A stretch of DNA of 64,000 nt from Spirochaetia bacterium (GTDB lineage: Bacteria; Spirochaetota; Spirochaetia; UBA9216), in assembly GCA_963677925.2 (NCBI GenBank), contig CAXXYH010000004.1, forward strand, positions 672,001-736,000, in the 5' to 3' direction. A program made the translations under genes and the position numbers. A model generated the notes under the pieces. That model saw only the letters and a list, made by a program, of their open reading frames with translations. It had not been told where the DNA came from and did no database searches. Numbering within the stretch: the stretch's first letter is position 1; each line of letters starts with the position of its first letter. Shown piece after piece: positions 10,582-19,898 of this stretch.

Positions 10582-11325
10582 TTAAAATCCAAGCTCTTCG
10601 GCAATCATTATCACATGGAAGTCCGAGTCTGTGGGCCGCCTGTGAATGATATTTGTAATGTTGCAGTAGCGCACTTCTGAGCGGCAGTCCAGACATCTGC
10701 CGCTTTTGTTGCAGGCAAGTTCATTATGGTATTTGATGTTGTTCATCTGCGCGGCAGTATCGTGTATCCTGTCCATGCCTGTGTTCAAATCCTTAACAAG
10801 TTTGTTGGCTCCGGCTACTATAATAATGCGGTCGGAACCGTAGCAGCTTCCTGCAACTCTGTTGCCGCTTCCATCTATGTTTATAATCTGTCCGTCCATT
10901 GTGACGGCGTTAGCTCCCAGTATAAAAACATTTGAGACCAGGTAATTCATCAGGATCTCTCTTGTTTCCTGCTCGTTCCCGATTATTTTGAAACCGGGAG
11001 TTTTATTGTCGAATGCCGGTTTATTTACAGCGCAGGTATGAGGTATAGCAACACAGTTTTTCTTTTCCAAATCGTCATCAAGTTCAAGGGAGAAAATTGT
11101 ATGAGAATCTCCAAATCCGACTGTGCTGTTTTCCGGTATCAGACTTAGAAGAAGTTCTTTTGCATCAGCTGCTGATTCGCAGAAGTGAGCTTCAAAATTA
11201 TTCTTTGACAGATTCTTCACTGCAATACGGCATTGCTGCTTCAAATAATCAGATCTGATTTTTTCTCTGCTGCAATCCTCTTCTTTAAGCTTTGGAAATT
11301 TCAGTTTTCGTAAATCAAGCATCAT
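10582..11325 (-). CDS. LUD (lactate-utilisation) domain protein
   Basis: VGFGDS, GANAVTMDG..NIDGSGNRVA, C-terminal Cys cluster (C..SGRCLDC....RYC). Confidence 0.85.
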   Translation of the reverse strand: MMLDLRKLKFPKLKEEDCSREKIRSDYLKQQCRIAVKNLSKNNFEAHFCESAADAKELLLSLIPENSTVGFGDSHTIFSLELDDDLEKKNCVAIPHTCAVNKPAFDNKTPGFKIIGNEQETREILMNYLVSNVFILGANAVTMDGQIINIDGSGNRVAGSCYGSDRIIIVAGANKLVKDLNTGMDRIHDTAAQMNNIKYHNELACNKSGRCLDCRSEVRYCNITNIIHRRPTDSDFHVIMIAEELGF

Positions 11326-11386
11326 AGCCTCCCGATGATGCTATTCTAACTTAAATTTCGATTTATACAAAATATATTGGTTCTAT

Positions 11387-13006
11387 TTATAAATCATCAC
11401 AGTCCTCATCATCAGGCTCGGCACAGCCTCTCTGTCCCGGAGCCGGCAGAGCTTTCGTCTTTCTGTTTTTTACATGACAGGATTTAAGGTTGAAGAAATT
11501 TATCTGCTCTTCAATGTCCTTGACCTGATCTGCCAGAGTTGTCGCTGTTGCGGACATTTCCTCAGCACCGGCAGCATTCTGCTGAATGATATTGTCCAGC
11601 TGCATGATAGCAGAGTTGATCTGATCCACTCCGCTGCTCTGCTCAGCACTTGCCTGACTGATTTCCCGGATCAGGGCTGATGTCTTTTGAATATCAGGAA
11701 CAAGCTTTCCAAGCCTGTCTCCTGCATCGGTTGAAAGTTTTACTGTTTCTATTGAAAGCTGACTTATCTCTGCTGCTGATATCTGACTTCGCTCAGCAAG
11801 TTTTCTGACTTCAGAGGCGACTACTGCAAAGCCCTTTCCGTGGTCGCCTGCTCTGGCCGCCTCAATAGCTGCATTCAATGCCAGAAGATTTGTCTGTCGT
11901 GCTATTTCCTCAATAATGACTATTTTCTCAGCAATCTGCCTCATTGAATCAACAGCCATCACCACTACTTTACCGCTTTCTTCGGCATCAGCGGCTACAT
12001 TAGCTGCAATTTTCTCGGTTTCTTTCGAGTTGTCGGCGTTCTGTCGGATACTGGAGTTCATTTCTTCCATAGACGCAGAGACTTCTTCAACAGCAGAGGC
12101 CTGGTTTGATGCTCCGGAGGAGATTTCATCAGCAGCCAGCAGAAACTGCTCACTGCTTATTGAGATCTGTTCTGAGGTTTCTCCTATTCCGCCTATAATG
12201 TCGCAGAGTGAAAAAATCATTGAGTCGATGGCCCGGGCCAGATCTCCGGTTTCATCCTTCATTTTCATATTCTTTTCAGGAACATCAATTTCAAGATTTC
12301 CCTGTGAAATTTCCTGAGTGAGCCTTACCCCGCTAACAATCGGTGAGGCAATTTTTTTACTTATTATCCATGCTGCAATAATTCCGGCCACTGAAAGGAT
12401 GATTGTCAGTACCATAAGCAGCAGGATGATATTTCTTGCCAGCCTGTCGGCCAGGTCAGTTATGTCGTCATTCGGAATACCAACATAGAGGATTCCTATT
12501 ATTTCACCTGCTGAATCATGCAGGGGATTGTAGGCTGTTAAATAGTTTTTGCCCAGGATATTTGCCGAACCCAGAAACCTTGTGTCGGCCATAATAGGGG
12601 CATATGCTGCACTTGCTTTACCGAGAAAGGTTCCAACCGCACGTGAACCGTCATCCTTTTTTATATTGGTTATAATTCTTATAAAATCATCCCCTTCCTT
12701 TTTGAACACTGTTGCGGTGATATCCAGTCTGCTTCCAAAATCGTCAATGAAATCAAAATCATCGACCGGTGAGCCTGATTCATCATACATAATTTTGTCC
12801 TGAATATATGCTGAACCGAATCTTTTATCAAAGGCAATTATTAGTGATTCTATATCACCCTTCACCTTCATATTCAGAGCAGCAGTTGAGATGTCTGTAC
12901 TCAGTTTTTTCATGCCCATGTAGGCGACAGAGAGGCCGCCTAGTGTTATGACAAGAACAATTATTACAATAAACAGTATTATCTTATTGGTAATGGATAC
13001 CCGCAT
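11387..13006 (-). CDS. Methyl-accepting chemotaxis protein (Cache3/Cache2-fusion sensor)
   Basis: ATVF...[10 protein letters not shown]....GSRAVGT, YLTAYNP..GILYVG sensor; [20 protein letters not shown]. Confidence 0.95.
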   Translation of the reverse strand: MRVSITNKIILFIVIIVLVITLGGLSVAYMGMKKLSTDISTAALNMKVKGDIESLIIAFDKRFGSAYIQDKIMYDESGSPVDDFDFIDDFGSRLDITATVFKKEGDDFIRIITNIKKDDGSRAVGTFLGKASAAYAPIMADTRFLGSANILGKNYLTAYNPLHDSAGEIIGILYVGIPNDDITDLADRLARNIILLLMVLTIILSVAGIIAAWIISKKIASPIVSGVRLTQEISQGNLEIDVPEKNMKMKDETGDLARAIDSMIFSLCDIIGGIGETSEQISISSEQFLLAADEISSGASNQASAVEEVSASMEEMNSSIRQNADNSKETEKIAANVAADAEESGKVVVMAVDSMRQIAEKIVIIEEIARQTNLLALNAAIEAARAGDHGKGFAVVASEVRKLAERSQISAAEISQLSIETVKLSTDAGDRLGKLVPDIQKTSALIREISQASAEQSSGVDQINSAIMQLDNIIQQNAAGAEEMSATATTLADQVKDIEEQINFFNLKSCHVKNRKTKALPAPGQRGCAEPDDEDCDDL

Positions 13007-13162
13007 CAGCAGCTCCTGAAAAAATTATTAGAGTTTCTAATATATATGTTAGTGTCCGGAGATATGGTAATCAAGTTATTAAGATTAATAACGGCTTTAT
13101 GATTAGCAGCTGAAGATGAAACAAATGCAATTATTTTCCGATTATTTTAAATTAATCTAAAA

Positions 13163-13206
13163 AATAAAAAGAGTACCGGGGCAATCCATGCTGCTTCGGT
13201 ACTCTT
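13163..13206 (-). terminator. Intrinsic terminator of the hydrogenase operon
   Basis: On the minus strand AAGAGTACCGAAGCA-loop-TGCCCCGGTACTCTT followed by TTTATTTTT. Confidence 0.8.
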
Positions 13207-13234
13207 GAGTTATACATGCTTTAATAATGAATTG

Positions 13235-15040
13235 TTAAATTATCTTCTCAGTTGTTATTTCTTCCCAAATTTCTTTAATGCTGTGTTTTACCTTTCTTTT
13301 TCTGTCGGAATATGTGGTGTGCAGAAGTCTGTGGGATTTATGGGAAAGCGGTTCACCAAGAAAATCATCGTATATTTTTTTTATCATAGGATTTCGGTGA
13401 GACTGGCGAACGGGCAGAGATTTATCCAGGATATACAATCCCTTCTGTCTTAGAGTTTTTCGTGTCTGGTAGGCTCCTTTGATTCTCGGCTGTCCTCCTC
13501 CGGATATACATCCTCCGGGACAGGCCATCACTTCAATGAAAAGATGATCAGCTTTTCCGGCTTTTATTTTCTCAAGTACTTCTCTTGCAGCTTTCAAGCC
13601 TGTAGCAATTCCTACTTTAACCTTTCCGTATTCTCCGCCGAGGTCTATTTCTGCCTCCCTGAAACCTTCAAGGCCCCTGACTTCTCTGATGTCTACTTTT
13701 TCAAGATCTTTCCCGTTTACAATTGAGTAAACAGTTCGAAGAGCCGCCTCCATGACACCTCCGCTTGCACCGAATATTACCGCGGCTCCGGAGTAGTCAC
13801 CCATCCAGCCGTTGTCGTATTCAGAATCAGGCAGATCTGCAAGCCAGACACCTTCACGTTTAAGCAGCCTGCTGAACTCTCTGGTTGTAAGGACTACGTC
13901 CACATCAGGCTTTCCGTTTGTGCTCATCTCCGGTCTTTTTGCTTCTTCTTTTTTCGCGGTGCAGGGCATTATTGATATTACCTTCATGAATTTAGGGTCT
14001 ATTCCAAGTTTTTCGGCAAGATAAGATTTTGATACTGCTCCGAACATCTGCTGAGGTGATTTTGCAGTTGAAAGATGGGGAAGCAGTTCAGGATAATTTT
14101 TTTCAACAAAGTTAATCCAGCCTGGCGAGCATGATGTGAGCATGGGGAATTTTCCGCCTGTTTTTATCCGTTCAAGAAGTTCAGACCCTTCTTCCATGAT
14201 GGTCAGATCAGCGGTGAAATTCGTATCAAGGACTACATCACCCCCTATTTTTTTGATGGCCGAAATAATCTTACCCTCTACCGATTCTCCGGAAGTCATA
14301 TGGAACTCTTCACCCAGTGCTACACGTACCGCCGGTGCAACCTGAAATACGGTAAATACTCCGGGTGTATACAGGTAGTCTACTACTTCTTCGGTATCAT
14401 CACGTGCTGCAAGTGCTCCGACAGGACACACAAGGGTACACTGTCCACAGCTGACACAGTTTGAGCTTCCAAGAGCAAGACTGTCTTTTATACCGATTTC
14501 TGTTGTAAGTCCCTTGTCGGTGAAGACTAAAACATCAGTTTTTTGAATCTCCCTGCAGACTTCCACGCATCGCAGGCAGCGTATACATTTACTCATGTCG
14601 CGGACAATTGCTGCGGAAGAAATTTCCCTGGTCCTTCCCCTGTAGAAATGCGGATAATTGTAATGGGTGTGTTCGAGTCCGACAAACTGAGCAACCTCCT
14701 GCAGTTCGCAGTCACCGTGCCGTATGCATGAAGCGCAGTCCTGGTTGTGGTCTGCCAGCAGCAGTTCAACCTGAAGACGCTGGCGCTCTCTGACAAGTCT
14801 GGTTCTTGTAAGCACTTCCATTCCTTCTTCCATCGGTGTATCGCAGCTTGTAACAATCTGGTGCTCACTGGAACTTTTTCTTTTGATGTCAACAAGACAA
14901 ACCCTGCAGGTTCCCGGTGTATGATTCAGGCAGGTCATAGCGCAGAGAGTAGGAATGAATTGACCATATTTTAAAGCAGTTTCAAGAATTGTTTCATTCT
15001 GACTAAATTCGACTTCTTTTCCGTTGATATATGCTTTCAT
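13235..15040 (-). CDS. hydA: [FeFe]-hydrogenase catalytic subunit, group A
   Basis: H-cluster motifs TSCSPGW, MPCTAKKEE, EVMACPGGCISGGGQP; N-terminal 2Fe-2S, His-ligated 4Fe-4S (HNQDCASC...C) and 2x4Fe-4S domains; C-terminal small-subunit segment. Confidence 0.96.
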   Translation of the reverse strand: MKAYINGKEVEFSQNETILETALKYGQFIPTLCAMTCLNHTPGTCRVCLVDIKRKSSSEHQIVTSCDTPMEEGMEVLTRTRLVRERQRLQVELLLADHNQDCASCIRHGDCELQEVAQFVGLEHTHYNYPHFYRGRTREISSAAIVRDMSKCIRCLRCVEVCREIQKTDVLVFTDKGLTTEIGIKDSLALGSSNCVSCGQCTLVCPVGALAARDDTEEVVDYLYTPGVFTVFQVAPAVRVALGEEFHMTSGESVEGKIISAIKKIGGDVVLDTNFTADLTIMEEGSELLERIKTGGKFPMLTSCSPGWINFVEKNYPELLPHLSTAKSPQQMFGAVSKSYLAEKLGIDPKFMKVISIMPCTAKKEEAKRPEMSTNGKPDVDVVLTTREFSRLLKREGVWLADLPDSEYDNGWMGDYSGAAVIFGASGGVMEAALRTVYSIVNGKDLEKVDIREVRGLEGFREAEIDLGGEYGKVKVGIATGLKAAREVLEKIKAGKADHLFIEVMACPGGCISGGGQPRIKGAYQTRKTLRQKGLYILDKSLPVRQSHRNPMIKKIYDDFLGEPLSHKSHRLLHTTYSDRKRKVKHSIKEIWEEITTEKII

Positions 15041-15049
15041 GCTGTTCTC

Positions 15050-17032
15050 CTATCTCTCTGTAATTACCATCGATACTCTATAGCATTTCAGGCAGCGGTT
15101 TGCTTCCTTATATGCCTGTTCAACAGTGATGTTTTTTTCCACTTCCTCAAAAATCTTTTTTCTTACAACCGGATCTATTTCGTCTGCTATGATCCGGTTT
15201 GTAGCTTTGACAGGTACAGCAAGATAGTCTTTATCATTTTTTGATATTTCTTTAATCATACTGCTCATCCGCTCCGCAGGATCAAAGAGAACTCTTCCAT
15301 GTGTCAGATAATCGTTGATAGATTTTGCCGCTCTCATGCCGAGTGTCATCGCCTCAATAAGTGTCGCCGGTCCTGTTGTACAGTCGCCTCCGGCGAAAAC
15401 ACCTTTTTGTGTTGTTTCTAGTGTCATTGGATTGGTCTCGATCATTCCCCACTTATTGAGTTCAATCTCATCTTTCGGTGAGAGGAATGAGTGGTCAACC
15501 TTTTGGCCAATCGCAGGGACAACCATGTCGCAGTTCATTACAAACTCAGAGCCGTCTTCCGGTGAAACGCTGCGTCTGCCTCCTGCGTCGGGTTCGCCGA
15601 GTTTCATCTTGATTAATTTAAGTCCTGTCACATGATTATCTTCTGAAAGTATCTGAATCGGGTGAGTCAGAAAGTGAAAAATGACGCCTTCTTTTTCCGC
15701 GGCTTCAATTTCTTCATGATCTGCGGGCATTTCATCTCTTGAGCGGCGGTAGACCAGATGTACCTCATCCGTTCCCATTCTCAGCGCAGAACGGGCGCAG
15801 TCCATTGCTACGTTTCCGCCGCCGACTACGATAGTTTTTTTACCAAGTTCGACATCTATTCCGATATTTAGATAGTAGTGATTAATGTAAAGCAGAAAAC
15901 TGATGCCGGATTTATATCCTCCCATTGAACGGTGTTCTCCGGGGATTCCAATCATCTTTCCGGAGTGAGCCCCTATTCCCAGAAAAAAGGCCTTGTATCC
16001 CCTTTTTTTAAGATCTTCAAGTGTGAAATTGGTTCCCATTCTCTGGTTGTAATGAATTTTCCCTCCAAGGGTTTCAATAATTCCTATCTCCTTCTGCAGA
16101 ACTTCAGACGGAAGCCGGTAATTAGGGATTCCCACTGAAGCCATTCCTCCCGGTTCCGAATGAGCTTCAAAGATATCTACAGTGTAGCCCATAAGCAGCA
16201 GGTGATAAGCGGCATTGATGCCCGCCGGTCCGGTTCCTATTATTGCAACCTTTAAATCATCTGGTTTTCGTTCGGATATCAGGTTTTGATCAAACCACTT
16301 TTCTGATATGTATTTCTCACGTTCAGCAACAAACCGTTTAAGCAGTTTTATGCCGACAGGCTGATCAACCATATTTCTGCGGCATGCAAATTCACAAAAT
16401 CTTACACAGACTCTTCCGCAGGTCTCGGCCATCGGGTATTTTTGCAGAATAACGCTTACCGAATGCGTCAGTTTTCCATCCTTGATATAATTGATATATC
16501 TAGGCACTTCGACCTTGGCCGGGCATGCCTCTATGCAGGGTGCTGTTATATAGGTATAAGCTGCCTGTTTTCTATATTTGTCAATGTTTTTGATCTCCGA
16601 CTCCAGCTCATGTCTGAAATAGGTTAATATCTTCTGCAGTGCGACCGTAGCAGTCTGACCAAGTCCGCAGAGACTTGTTGTTCTGATGTGTTCAGAAAGA
16701 AGTTCGAGTTCATCAAGTGTTTCAATACCGGCTTTACCATTTATGATGTCCTCAAGTTTTTGTTTAATTATATTTGTTCCAACTCTGCACGGGGTGCATG
16801 CTCCGCAGCTTTCTTTTGCCGCACGGCTTATATACGTCATTGCTGCATCAAGCAGATTAACGCCCTCGTCAAATATGAAGAATCCTTTCCATCCAAAGAA
16901 AGCTTTTACCGGGTTTCCTGGATTAAATTCTACAAAATTTGAAAATCTTCTGCTGTCTTCAATTTCAAACAGCCGCTTCCTCCGGTTGTCAACTATTTCA
17001 TTATCCCAGACACCGAATATTACTTTGCTCAT
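15050..17032 (-). CDS. GltD/SudA/NfnA-like FAD Fe-S oxidoreductase with an N-terminal NuoF-type 4Fe-4S domain (hydrogenase partner subunit)
   Basis: ESCGACTPCRVG...SLCGLG, PCIEACP, CGRVCVRFCEFAC, FAD motif IIGTGPAG, nucleotide motif GGGNVAMD..VYRRSR, C-terminal EANRCLKC. Confidence 0.9.
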   Translation of the reverse strand: MSKVIFGVWDNEIVDNRRKRLFEIEDSRRFSNFVEFNPGNPVKAFFGWKGFFIFDEGVNLLDAAMTYISRAAKESCGACTPCRVGTNIIKQKLEDIINGKAGIETLDELELLSEHIRTTSLCGLGQTATVALQKILTYFRHELESEIKNIDKYRKQAAYTYITAPCIEACPAKVEVPRYINYIKDGKLTHSVSVILQKYPMAETCGRVCVRFCEFACRRNMVDQPVGIKLLKRFVAEREKYISEKWFDQNLISERKPDDLKVAIIGTGPAGINAAYHLLLMGYTVDIFEAHSEPGGMASVGIPNYRLPSEVLQKEIGIIETLGGKIHYNQRMGTNFTLEDLKKRGYKAFFLGIGAHSGKMIGIPGEHRSMGGYKSGISFLLYINHYYLNIGIDVELGKKTIVVGGGNVAMDCARSALRMGTDEVHLVYRRSRDEMPADHEEIEAAEKEGVIFHFLTHPIQILSEDNHVTGLKLIKMKLGEPDAGGRRSVSPEDGSEFVMNCDMVVPAIGQKVDHSFLSPKDEIELNKWGMIETNPMTLETTQKGVFAGGDCTTGPATLIEAMTLGMRAAKSINDYLTHGRVLFDPAERMSSMIKEISKNDKDYLAVPVKATNRIIADEIDPVVRKKIFEEVEKNITVEQAYKEANRCLKCYRVSMVITER

Positions 17033-17040
17033 AAATGCTC

Positions 17041-17487
17041 CTAAAAATAGAGAACTTCGGGTGTTTTTCCCGCTCTTCGCAGAGAGTCAATGAATCCTTC
17101 AAAAATCTTTGTTTTATTTATACCGTTTTTGGGATTTATGGCCGTACCGCGATAAATTTTTGTAAGATCACATCTGTTTATGATCTCTTTCAATACTCCC
17201 GCTGCATTGTCGGGGCAGACATTTTTATTGTAAATTTCAGAGAAAGCTTTAAGAGTCACTGAACCTTCACATACCAGCATTCCGTCAAGGTATCCATAAG
17301 GCGGTATTTTACGGCTCATAGTTTCAAGATGAATTATTGCTTTTTTTTCTATATATCTTTCGAAGATCGAACAGATCGTTCCTCCGAGTATTACTTTCTC
17401 TGCCTTTTCCGTCATAAAACAATCAAAAGCTTTTCTGTCAAGCCCCGGTGATGACGGAGGGCCGATGAAAAGAACCAGTTTCTTCAT
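17041..17487 (-). CDS. Stand-alone protein resembling the C-terminal domain of HfsC/SpoIIE-like hydrogenase-associated phosphatases
   Basis: FIGPP, KVILGGT, IPPYG, VCEGSVTL, GTAINP pattern matches that domain; no PP2C catalytic domain; ATG abuts the upstream TGA. Confidence 0.7.
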   Translation of the reverse strand: MKKLVLFIGPPSSPGLDRKAFDCFMTEKAEKVILGGTICSIFERYIEKKAIIHLETMSRKIPPYGYLDGMLVCEGSVTLKAFSEIYNKNVCPDNAAGVLKEIINRCDLTKIYRGTAINPKNGINKTKIFEGFIDSLRRAGKTPEVLYF

Positions 17488-17736
17488 TCACCCCTCAGCT
17501 TTTAATACATTCTGCAGGAAAAAAGTCTCTGCTTCATCGGGTACGGTTTCGAATACCTCATCATTGATTCTTACTAGTACATTTTTTTCTGAGCATTTAC
17601 CCAGGCAGAATGAGCCCTTGAGATTGATGGAATTTTCAAGTTTATTTTTTGATATCATCTTCTTAAAAATCCTGATCACTTTCTCCGACCCCCTTAAATG
17701 ACAGGATGTTCCTATACAGACTGTCAGTTCGACCAT
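17488..17736 (-). CDS. Thioredoxin-like (2Fe-2S) ferredoxin, NuoE/HydC/HfsA type
   Basis: CIGTSCHLRGS...FCLGKC; start corrected to ATG 17736 behind SD AAGGAGG (the ORF track starts at 17799). Confidence 0.88.
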   Translation of the reverse strand: MVELTVCIGTSCHLRGSEKVIRIFKKMISKNKLENSINLKGSFCLGKCSEKNVLVRINDEVFETVPDEAETFFLQNVLKAEG

Positions 17737-17973
17737 AAAACCTCCTTTTGATTCTGGTTGAGTGATTATATTCGAAAATTTGTCTGTGATGGTCGACAAA
17801 TGTCTGATTAATCAATGTCAGGACAATGTCTTGGCGGTATCTTTTTTAGGGTATTTTATGATTTAGCTCTAATTTGATTTTTCAGATTATCCGGCAGATC
17901 GGCTGTCCTGTTCGCGGATCTCAGCTGCAGGGTTGTTGTAGATAAGTTTTTATTTAAAAACTATAATAGCCCC

Positions 17974-18339
17974 ATGGGATTATACTGGAAAGATCTTGAA
18001 ATACTGCCTGGAATGCTTTTAGAGGTTGAGCTTGTTCGGCCGGATGCCTTTGATGAAGAGGGCCGGCCCCTCAGGCTTACATGGCAGATACTGGACTTCG
18101 GAATAAGGCTGCCGGATGATGCCTACCTGCTTTATAAAACAGGTAAGAAATTTCCGCTTAAAAAAGTTGTTAAAAGCAGAAGGCTTCAGTCACTGATTGA
18201 AAAGGGGCAGCTTCTGCAGCTTCCTGCCGGTACGGATTATATGGTTGTAGAAGAAGGACATAACGGCACTTCTGCCGGAAAGAAATGCTGCAACCTTGAT
18301 ATGCTGGCTGCTGTCAGGAGTATTCGGGTACTGGTGTGA
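17974..18339 (+). CDS. Hypothetical protein (121 aa)
   Basis: Only sizeable ORF in the gap; TATAAT 6 nt before the ATG; 3' end overlaps a convergent gene. Confidence 0.65.
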   Translation: MGLYWKDLEILPGMLLEVELVRPDAFDEEGRPLRLTWQILDFGIRLPDDAYLLYKTGKKFPLKKVVKSRRLQSLIEKGQLLQLPAGTDYMVVEEGHNGTSAGKKCCNLDMLAAVRSIRVLV

Positions 18340-18976
18340 GAATTCTGCTTATCAGCTTTCGCATAAACGGAAGCATCTTCCTGGCTATCCCTCCTACCAG
18401 AAACACTGCAACCAGAGTTCCTTCTCTTACTCCATGTATTGTGTCGAAAAAATAAATTGAGAAAATACAGCTTAGTGTAACTACCGCGGCATCAAAGCCG
18501 ATTTTTATCTTTCCGAATTCAACTTTTGCAACTTCGGCTATTGCATTAGTTGCACCCTCAGGCGGCAGGACTATAACATCAGCAGCAAGCTCCATACTTA
18601 CCCCGACAGCGGCAAGTACGCAGCTTATAAGCATCACAATAAACCGATAATGGTATACTGCCGGCGTCAGCCATGATGTGATATAGATTGAAAAGTCTAC
18701 AAGGTAGCCGAAGAGGAAGGCTACCGGCAGCTGAATAAGGTGTATCGGCTTAAAACGCTTTCGAAGCAGAATAATCTGAAGCATTACCATTGCAAAATGA
18801 AATACAATAGTGAATTGTCCAATTGTAAGTTTTTCGGTAAGGCTCAGTACAAATGGGAGTGTAGAGATCGTCGATATCCCGAGATTTGCCTTTACAGAGA
18901 GGGCTGAGCCCAGAGAGAGCAGCCAGATCCCCAGTATAAAAAATGTGTAGCGTGTAAATATTTCTTTGAATTTCAT
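18314..18976 (-). CDS. YczE/YitT-like membrane protein
   Basis: KANLGIS...LPFV, GVREGT motifs, about 6 TMs. Confidence 0.85.
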   Translation of the reverse strand: MKFKEIFTRYTFFILGIWLLSLGSALSVKANLGISTISTLPFVLSLTEKLTIGQFTIVFHFAMVMLQIILLRKRFKPIHLIQLPVAFLFGYLVDFSIYITSWLTPAVYHYRFIVMLISCVLAAVGVSMELAADVIVLPPEGATNAIAEVAKVEFGKIKIGFDAAVVTLSCIFSIYFFDTIHGVREGTLVAVFLVGGIARKMLPFMRKLISRILTPVPEYS

Positions 18977-18985
18977 GTTCTATCT

Positions 18986-19177
18986 TTACAGTATCTTCTG
19001 GACCCGGCCAATCTGACCGTCTTCAAGTCTGACTTTTATCCCGTGCGGGTGGTTGGGTGATTTAGTAAGAAGATCGGCAACCACTCCTTCGGTAAGTTTT
19101 CCGGTACGCTGGTCCTTTTTTAAAACAATCGCAACCTTGATCCCGGGTTTTATATTTGCTCTGACTTTTCCGTCCAT
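18986..19177 (-). CDS. YwbE family small protein
   Basis: IVLKKDQRTGKLTEG...HPHGIKVRLEDGQIGRV. Confidence 0.9.
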   Translation of the reverse strand: MDGKVRANIKPGIKVAIVLKKDQRTGKLTEGVVADLLTKSPNHPHGIKVRLEDGQIGRVQKIL

Positions 19178-19187
19178 ATGTTTGTTC

Positions 19188-19817
19188 CTATGTATTTAAT
19201 ATCACAGATGAATTAATAATTTTAATTCCATCTGATTCCATCTTTGAGAACGCAGATTTTACTCCGTCAGGTGTGACTCCGGCGCATGCGTCCCTGATGA
19301 CGAAAACCGGCCCGGCTGCATTGAGCTGCATTGCATCTGCTGCAGTGTTCAGGACGCAGACATCGGTGGCTATTCCGCAGATGTAAATTTCAAGCTGTTC
19401 ATCTGAAGAAAATTTGCTTTTAAGAAATCCGAAAAGTCCTGTATTGTTTTTCTTTTCGTTGTCAAAGAATGCAGAATATGAATCAATATCCGGGTTTGTT
19501 CCCTTTCTGATTATGCAGTCGACAGGATTCAGGTTAACAGAGGGTCTGAATTCCGCACCGCGTGTCCCCTGTTCACAGTGATCCGGCCATACAATCTGTC
19601 CTGCTTTGTCGTTCATTTCATATGGTTCGGTTCCGTAGGTGCTTGCAAATGACACATGATCTGCAGGATGCCAGTCCTGAGTCGCAACGACGCAGTCAAA
19701 TATTCCGCTGGTTGACAGTTTGTTAATAACAGGAATAATCTTGTCACCGTCAGAAACAGCGAGACTTCCCCCCGGGCAGAAGTCATTCTGGACATCTACA
19801 ATAATCAATGTTTTCAT
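19188..19817 (-). CDS. pncA: Nicotinamidase/pyrazinamidase
   Basis: VDVQNDFCPGGSL, TQDWHP..H, WPDHC, KG...DSYSAF, GIATDVCV. Confidence 0.93.
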   Translation of the reverse strand: MKTLIIVDVQNDFCPGGSLAVSDGDKIIPVINKLSTSGIFDCVVATQDWHPADHVSFASTYGTEPYEMNDKAGQIVWPDHCEQGTRGAEFRPSVNLNPVDCIIRKGTNPDIDSYSAFFDNEKKNNTGLFGFLKSKFSSDEQLEIYICGIATDVCVLNTAADAMQLNAAGPVFVIRDACAGVTPDGVKSAFSKMESDGIKIINSSVILNT

Positions 19818-19898
19818 CCCAGCATATTATGCCTGATCGCGTGCGAGGGTCAATATTTCTGTTTACTGTATAGTGAGATTATAATTATAATATTTACC

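Noticed and set aside
11387-11430. CheR/CheB-tether pentapeptide at the MCP C-terminus
   Set aside because: The tail ends DEDCDDL and lacks the aromatic residues of the NWETF-type motif
17737-17799. N-terminal extension of the ferredoxin in the ORF track
   Set aside because: The strong SD AAGGAGG points to ATG 17736; the extension covers the promoter region
17755-17800. Possible Rex operator upstream of the hydrogenase operon
   Set aside because: No adequate match to TTGTGAA-N4-TTCACAA or the clostridial TTGTTAA-N4-TTAACAA variant
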